A stretch of DNA of 59,183 nt, counting the filler, from Jimgerdemannia flammicorona (lineage: Eukaryota), in NCBI GenBank assembly GCA_003990765.1. It is 2 parts of 2 records of this genome, joined end to end, with 100 filler letters (N's around TTAATTAATTAA, not from the genome) between each part and the next. Parts side by side here need not be neighbours in the genome. Positions count along the whole stretch, not along the records: positions 29,644 to 59,183 come from RBNJ01000491.1; 1 more part is not named here. One strand, 5' to 3'. The notes beneath the pieces are model-generated. The model saw only the letters and a program-made list of their open reading frames with translations, was not told the DNA's origin and did no database searches. Made by a program: the position numbers and the translations under genes. Positions 51,886 to 59,183 of the stretch are shown here, in pieces; the first letter of the stretch is position 1; each line of letters begins with the position of its first letter.

Positions 51886-52702
51886 TAGTGCTTAAAACAA
51901 ATCAAATTGAGATCTAATTTTCAAAATTTAATAACTTAATGAAAATATATTATTGAATTCATCCTATCTAGGCAAAGTGTCTTGCACGCGAGGGTTTGCA
52001 GATTGTGTAGAGTAAATGTACGGTGTGTGGATTGTAAAATAAATGAAAGTACGGTGAAAAGGAGTAATTGAAAATGTTAAGCAAAACCGGAATACAAAAA
52101 GGCCGGATGTGGGTTTGGGCTTTTCAAGGCCCGCCATTCACGTACATATGCGAAGGGGCCAACACCTATTTATTCCAAAAGGGATGGGTGGGAGGGATGT
52201 GTAAAAATTGATTGAAGATACAAAAATACAATAGAAATGTCTGCTTAATGAAGAGTATGCTTGAAGGTAAAGTAATGAGCGCTGAAGGAAGGAAGTGCAT
52301 TACGGCTGCTGGCGTACTTGAAACTGGACTAAATTAGACTGAAAGGGAGGCTAAGACTACAAGTGAAACTGAGCTAGGGTGAATTGCATAACTGCACTGC
52401 TGAAACAAATATTGCTAGGGTGAATTGCAAGACTGCATTACTTAAATGAATGTCGCCACTTTGCTGCAGTTTGAACTTCGTTCATAACTCTATTAAATTC
52501 AATATAATAAATATTATCAAATTTGGTTGAGTTATTGTTGACTCTCAATTTTGAATTTAATTAGACCTCAATTCAATTTGAATTGAATTGAATCAGATCT
52601 CAATTTGATTTAATTTAAATTGAAAAATTCTCAAGTTAATTCAATTTGAATCAACTCTAATTCAATTAAATTTAAATTGATTCAATTCATTTGAAAACAC
52701 TA
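51886..52702. mobile_element. hAT-type MITE containing a ~530-bp secondary insertion
   Basis: TIRs TAGTGCTTAAAAC / TTTGAAAACACTA with a perfect 8-bp TSD CTGAGAAG (51878-51885, 52703-52710). A right arm of a related MITE ends at ~51743. Confidence 0.8.
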
Positions 52703-53226
52703 CTGAGAAGATAGAGTTGAAGAAAACTTCATCTTATAACCAATGTATTTGCAATATATATAGTTGATTAAGAAGATTTATTTTGATAATAATCAAAATA
52801 GACTATTAATAATTATATCACAAACTGTTAATCTTTATTGGATTCTTCTGATTTAACAGAGATCTAAATTATAAGGCCCTCTGCCTCGTGTGGATAAAAA
52901 TCGCTGATTTTAATAACATTTATTTCAAAAACAGTCCAGGCTACGATACAGTATATATATTTAAAAAATTCCGTCAATTGATACAGGTATAGTTATAGTG
53001 ATTGGTTCGCAGTGTGTAAATAAATGCAAAATCATCCATATCGAAGTCAGATCTTATACAGGTATGACGATGCTGAATATCCCTACCATTTCATAATGGA
53101 TATACACGCATCCAGCTTAGTTTAACTTATAAAGCGATCACACTACCTTTGACTTTCGTTCATCACATCTTGGGTATGGTACCCCAACTCTATGCGCGGC
53201 TCCAACCCACATCAACCGATAACCCA

Positions 53227-55828
53227 TCACATGCGCTTCTTGAACTGGATCTGGAGGTTTTTCGGGCGCAGAAGATTACCCGGTCGGAATAAGATGTTGT
53301 CCTTGTGGGGGGAATTGGCAGGGAGACTCCATTCGTACTTTTGGACTGCAGGTAATGGCGGAGTATAGATTTTGTGCGAAGAGTCGAGTAGAGGTCATAT
53401 TTCACAGTGTTGTGCTTAGTCTCTCATTTTTACAAATGCAATCTTGAGTTACAAATTGTTACTTACGGAGCATGGCGAGCACTACGCGCTGTTCTGCATA
53501 GCTGAAGTTCATGCCGATGCCTGTTGAGCATAGAGCATAAATGAATGAGGCAACATTAAGAATTGCATAGCGTTCAATCGTTCCAAAACGTTATTATCAC
53601 ATAAGGTAATGAAAACGAAATAAATCCAACTTACAAGACCTCGACCCAAAACTGAACGGTAACCAGGAATATGTGTCCCTCTTTCCTTCTCCAACGGCCG
53701 GATCCGCATCCGGATCTGCCAACTTCTCATCGACCTGGTGACCCTCAAATCTCTCTGGTCTAAATTCTTCGGCGTCGTCGCCCCAAACCTTACGCGAGTG
53801 GTGCAGCGCGAAGAAGTTGATCGTGATGAAGGTGTTTTGCGGGATGATGTAAGGGCCCATCGCGACATCACGTGAGGCAATGCGCATCGGGAGTTGGGCC
53901 ACTGAGGGGCAAAGACGCAGGGTCTCCTTGATGATATTGGTGAGGTAGGGCAAATGCTTGGTCTCGTCAAAGGTCGGGGTGACCAGAGCAGTGGAATCGG
54001 CGGAGAGAAGGGTGAGAACCTCGGCGTGGGCTTTACGTTGAACATCCTGGGATTGTGACGTGAAAATATGAAATCGGAGACCTTGGATAAAAGAAATGAA
54101 GAAAATGAAGCAGAGGGCAAGGTGATTTACCTGATGTACGGCAAGATAGTAGATTACACATGCCAGCGCGTTAGCGGTGGTATCGTGCTATAACAGAACA
54201 TTGAACGGACTCATTAGATTCCGAATACAATAGCTCTTCAATTTAAAAATAAAACTAGTTGCTTATTAAATTCTAACTTACCCCTGCTAAGAAGAATATC
54301 ACCATGTTGTTCTAATTGCAGAGTAACAGTAAACCGTAGATAAGTCTTTGTACCTCCAAAATATTAAGAAGTTCTGAAGTGCAATCCCTGATCCGCGGTT
54401 CTTTACAATGATAATACTCACTCTCATCTCTACATCGTTCATACTCTTCCTCGCTGAAGGGTTCTTTTCATCGTCCGAGGCCTTGATCATCAAACTCAAC
54501 AGATCGGTGTAATCCTCGTCGGCGATCCCATTCGTGTCGAGTTCCTTGCGGCGCTTATCAATCAGATTGTCTATGAGCGCGTTGAAGTGCTTCACATTCT
54601 TGAAAGAATTGTAGCGGCGGGTGAGCGGGAACTTGTCCAGCCAAGGGAAAATGATATATAGGCTGCTGGTGGAGCCTGAAAAAGTGGAACGTTGGAGAGA
54701 ATTGATGGTACAACAGACACGGCCTTGAGTATGAGCATTTGAGAAAGAAAGAGCTCCAACAATTGGTATGGATGGATCAACTTACCTTTCATGATTTCAT
54801 TATAGGTTTTGACATAATCACTCTCGGGATTTTTGATCGCCTGGTAGATTTTCGGGAATATTAGTCAGCGTAATAAACATACATAATTGGTTGATATCAG
54901 ATATAATGGAAAACCGAGCATGCATACTCCGAAGTTAAAATCGAAAACTGTCTTGCCCAGAGCATCCAATGTCAACCTATGACGAAAAGGTTGCGAGAGC
55001 GATGATATTGGTTAGATTTAACCAAAATCGATTTATAATACGTGAATTCTTATTCAACACACTTACCTCTGCACAAAATCATGCACATCCGCAGTCTTTC
55101 CCTTCTCAACCAGCTTATCCAACTCCTCAAACATGTCCAAGCTCAGATCGCCAAACACTTGTGTATTCCACGCACGATGGAAAGCTGGGTTTGCAATTCG
55201 TCGATGACGTTTCCACACATCACCGTTCGAGAAGACTAGGTTAGTGCCAAAGAAGAGCGCGGTGAGGGAAGTTGGGTCGCGGTCGGCTATGATGAGTTTC
55301 GGGAAGGCGTCTGTATGAAGCAAGGAGGCGTCGAGCGTGTGAGGGAAATCGCATTACGTGTAAAGATCAAAGAGGGTACTAGCGTACCAGGTTGACTTAG
55401 AATTTGTCTCGCGAATTCGGGCGTCGAAACTTCGACGCGATTGAAGCGGATCAAGCTGGACTGGTAATATACAAGATTAATTTTGGTGTGTATACATACT
55501 TTCAGCATCTTTTATTCAGGGAGTTCTCGAAACATACCCTCAAAATGCCATGTTCCTCATGGGTTGGCTTGAAAAACCCCTGATACTGTTCTTCAAGTGT
55601 TTTTTTGAAGAATAAGTTCCAAATAGCCTTTCCAGTCACTGAAGGCACTTTACGCCATCCTGCCGGCTGATTGATCTCAAAATATTGAAAAAGGATGACG
55701 TATGCAGCTGCAAGAACGCCGACCGAGCTGAGGGCGGCCGAGGAGGGAACGCGACGCAAGGAGGCGAGTAGAGCGCTCGATACGTCAGTGAGAGTGTCAA
55801 CAATATGAGAGGGGGTAATAGAGGACAT
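53227..55828 (-). CDS. Cytochrome P450 monooxygenase, multi-exon (CYP509-like)
   Basis: ATG at 55828 with an N-terminal hydrophobic anchor. Motifs 'NGDVWKRHRRIANPAFH', I-helix 'FFLAG|HDTT', 'KETLR' (ExxR), 'FRPERF' and the heme motif 'FSFGSRSC|IG' (Cys codon split by an intron). Final exon '...IQFKKRM*' with stop at 53227-53229. GT-AG introns, e.g. 55537-55461 and 55387-55311. Confidence 0.95.
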
Positions 55829-55877
55829 TGTCGATGGTAGATGGTGGTTGAGAGGAGACGATGCGAAAAGTGTACAC

Positions 55878-55884
55878 TTATATA
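55878..55884 (-). promoter_or_regulatory. Candidate TATA box of the P450 gene
   Basis: TATATAA on the minus strand about 50 nt upstream of the ATG. Confidence 0.45.
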
Positions 55885-56744
55885 TGTTTTTGTGACTGCA
55901 TTTTTGCGTCAGCTAAAAGCTCCGACCCCGAGATCGCGCCGAGTTTTTCTAGAAGAGGTTTGCGATTAACAACTTCCTTCACCTTGATTGGGTGAAAAAG
56001 TATCTCGTGGAACGCCATTCCACTTGTCTAACGTCCTAGGAACCAGAAGAGGTGCGGCAAACGCACTCCAACTAAAAAACTTGTAATTAATCGGCGGTAA
56101 TTAATCGGCGGTAAAGATTTGTCATCAGATATCACAGATAACATGTGTTTTGTCTGCGAAAGACTATGACCTTTCGTTCTATTAGTATCAGGTGGCGAAG
56201 GAAATAGGAAATGCGTGGTGTCGGGAAAAAAAATGCCGAGCCAAATGAAAAGAGATACGTTTCTTTTTTTTTAAAAAAAAAAGGGGGGGAGGGGTTCTAA
56301 AGACCACCTGAACAAGCGATTCCAAACCTTATTTTTGGTTCATACACTTGTAAGCAAATACACGTTCTCATGCACACGCAAACAACGGAAATAGTAGCAA
56401 TCGTCCCAAATATTATCATTGCTTATCCCGATTCACGAGGCAAACAAATGGGCAAATGTACGTGTGTCAGTAGACAGCCTGGATGTATACAAACCAGAAG
56501 CATCAAAACAGCGGGGTCAAAGTAGCTACATATAAGCTGGCTTAATCACGTCGATTATATGGGGAGCTCGCGCCGGGAAACCTGCGTGGATTTTAAGTGT
56601 GATGACAGAGTTTAATATGTCATGCGACATGACCCAGCAATCTGGTTCAATAAATTCGGTGGTGCACCTTTCGACAACATTGAAGTACGGAGCAGTGCTG
56701 CGGGCAAGAAATCCTCCTGTTTTGATTTGACGACGTTCTTTCTT

Positions 56745-56794
<50 letters not shown>

Positions 56795-58761
56795 GTTATC
56801 GTAGCAAATATGCCTGAGCAAGCCCACAAATCTTGAAAAGCAACACCATCGGCATCATTGGCGTGCCCCCTTTTCGCAGCGGCCAGGTAAGTTACCCTTT
56901 TTGGAGTGGAGGGGCTTGTCCATATGAGCTGCGTCACCATAACTACGTACTTGACTCCGACCCGGGACTGTCTCTACCATCACAAGGCCGTCGCTGAGAA
57001 GGTCGAGTGGACGGGGACCGACCACTTTAATACCGTTGAGCCCGTCGCTGCACTTGTCCGATTTGGATTGATACAGGTAGAGATGGTATTTTGGTCTTCG
57101 ACGTAGGCGGCGGCCACATGGCTTTTCTTCTGGCCTTTGGTGCATATAATCCTCACACAAGAGGACATCAATACCTCGGTGTCGATCCCTCAGGCAACAT
57201 CAACGGCTGTCCGTCCCGTTTTTGCTAGGGATACCAGCATGTATGAGGAACGTATCGGCCTGCGAACGAGAGTATCTATGCACCAGGACAATAAATATCG
57301 GTTGGCAATGACGCAATATTGGTAGGGATAGTCCCGTGCATCCGAGTGCATTCCGAAGGGTGTGGTTGGCAACTATAGAGTCTAGAGAAAATTGGATATT
57401 GTTATTTTTTTAAGCAGAATTTCTCTCTCTATTAGTTGCTATTTTTCAATTCTCCATAGGACAAAGTCGTATGGGCTCGTTAATAACACGTTACCTAATA
57501 TTAAACACCAGCTCTTGGCACGGCTTCAACTTTTAGATGACACGTTTATTGCCTATTCTGACTTGTTTGGCAACCATTTTATTGTATATTCAAGATTTAG
57601 CAGCGCATTAACTAAAAGAGGACAGCAAAGGTGAAAAAATGATGCTGGGAACTCAATTTATTTAGCCACTTAGAGCTCTCTTTTCAGATTGCCCTGTCAA
57701 CTCACTACTATTTTAATAATATGGATTTGGGGGAGGATTTTTTGGTTGGTGGAATTAGGTTCACTTTTGAAAGGCAGTAGGCCCTATTATTAGATAAAAA
57801 AAAAAAAAAAAAAATTCTATACTCAATCCCTTTTATAGATTCTTCCAGACCCCTAACAAACAGCATCCTCGGTTGTCACATCCACGAGGTCATATCGGAG
57901 ACAGATCTGCTCGTGGAGTGCCCGCGGAGGAGCTTTCCGCTCGGTGGAGGAGAGTTGTGATCTGTGCGTTGGCTGGACGAGATGACGTTGAAACCAGGGG
58001 AACGCCACGTGGTTATAGAACGCGTTGTAAATCCGTAGATTGATTTTATATTTAGCAATAGATGACCTGCATTCTCATTATAATCTTTGGTTTCCAAGAA
58101 GTGAGGGATAAAAATGAAATTCGTAATAATCTGAGTGCGGTGAATGGGAAAGAGGTTTTTAGTACCCATTGAAACGAAAAGATCTCATTGGATGGCTTGA
58201 GTCAGACATTGATAGACAGTGCTAGCCACCACCACCAAACAAATTATCAACAACTGGTGCCCCCTAAGGGACAGCTCCATCCAGCAAAGCCTGAAGGAAA
58301 TCCTCCAGGTGTATGCATTATAGACTCAGATATAAAAATCATCATAGTCCAATGTATCACTTGTCTCTCTCCTCCATTGATGCTCCCTCCATTGATGCCC
58401 CCTCTATCAACACCCCTTCCATCAATGTCCTCTCTATTAATGCTCCTCTTTATAGGCATTCTAGCCTAAAATGTAGAAAAAAAAAAAAGACAAAGTAGTT
58501 GGTAATGGTTCCCTAGTGATGGTTCTTTTTCTATTAATATTTATATATATATATAAGTAATAATATAAAAATTCTGATTTTGGCTCAGGTGTGAGCAGTA
58601 GATATAAGTAGTATGAAGGATAGAAATATAAAACTCCTTAATAAAGACTATAGCCATATTGATAGAGGATCTTTCAAAGCTTTGGAATAACTAGATAATA
58701 ATTATTCTCTACTACTATAGCTATCCTTGAGATCCACACTAGATATATTATATTGATAGAC

Positions 58762-58895
58762 ATATTACTGATATATTGCTAAGTATATTGCTAGGTATAT
58801 TACTGAGTATATTGCTAGACATATTGCTAGATATATTGCTGGATATATTACTAATCATATTGCTGAGTATATATTATTAGATGTATTGCTGAGTA
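58762..58895. repeat. 12-bp tandem repeat (ATATTGCTAGAT)n in a CpG-depleted, TE-like terminal region
   Basis: About ten degenerate units visible. Confidence 0.8.
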
Positions 58896-59123
58896 AACCT
58901 CAAAATAGAATATGGTAAATAATAGATCAGAATTGAATATAGGCTATTCACTTTAAAGAAAGATCATATTATTTATAAGTTAAGCTTTAAAGAAAAAAGT
59001 AGAGAGAGAAAGAAAAATGAAAAAAGTTATACTAACTATAATAGACAAATATATATCTTCAAAGCCACTACTTTATTATATCTATCTATATTACCCATTA
59101 TATATATTTATTTAAAGTGATAA

Positions 59124-59165
<42 letters not shown>

Positions 59166-59183
59166 TTTTTTTTTTTTTTTTTT

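Noticed and set aside
51962..52005. Helitron 3' end (CTAG with hairpin) on the minus strand
   Set aside because: The hairpin is weak, and the insert has an apparent TSD, which Helitrons do not make.
53509..54120. 203-aa minus-strand ORF and plus-strand ORFs overlapping the P450
   Set aside because: Shadow frames of P450 exons and introns.

Overview
Eukaryotic, very probably fungal DNA. The multi-intron CYP509-like P450 points to Mucoromycota, which is an inference. About 50 kb (roughly 1.3-52.7 kb) is a nested graveyard of CpG-depleted, C-to-T-decayed transposons. It holds two tRNA-Pro-primed Ty3/Gypsy elements, an L1/Tx1-type LINE, a full-length chromovirus with ~1.9-kb LTRs plus a related solo LTR, four copies of a ~1.2-kb polyadenylated non-autonomous retroelement, two nested copies of a hAT DNA transposon, hAT MITEs, a small non-coding LTR element and another Ty3 pol relic. 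A 100-bp artificial contig linker lies at 29544-29643. One intact-looking host gene, a cytochrome P450 (minus strand, 53227-55828), sits in a CpG-rich island. The best candidate for a new system is the hAT transposon: besides its transposase it carries a convergent, intron-containing second gene whose reconstructed C-terminal exon resembles a TET/JBP-like Fe(II) dioxygenase (HxD ... GG ... H), possibly an anti-silencing cargo. Also notable are a decayed ORF inside the chromovirus LTR (replaced by different coding-like sequence in the solo LTR), the SINE-like family with a fixed 5' end, and non-CpG, RIP-like C-to-T decay. All translations, alignments and coordinates were read by eye, so boundaries of decayed elements are approximate.
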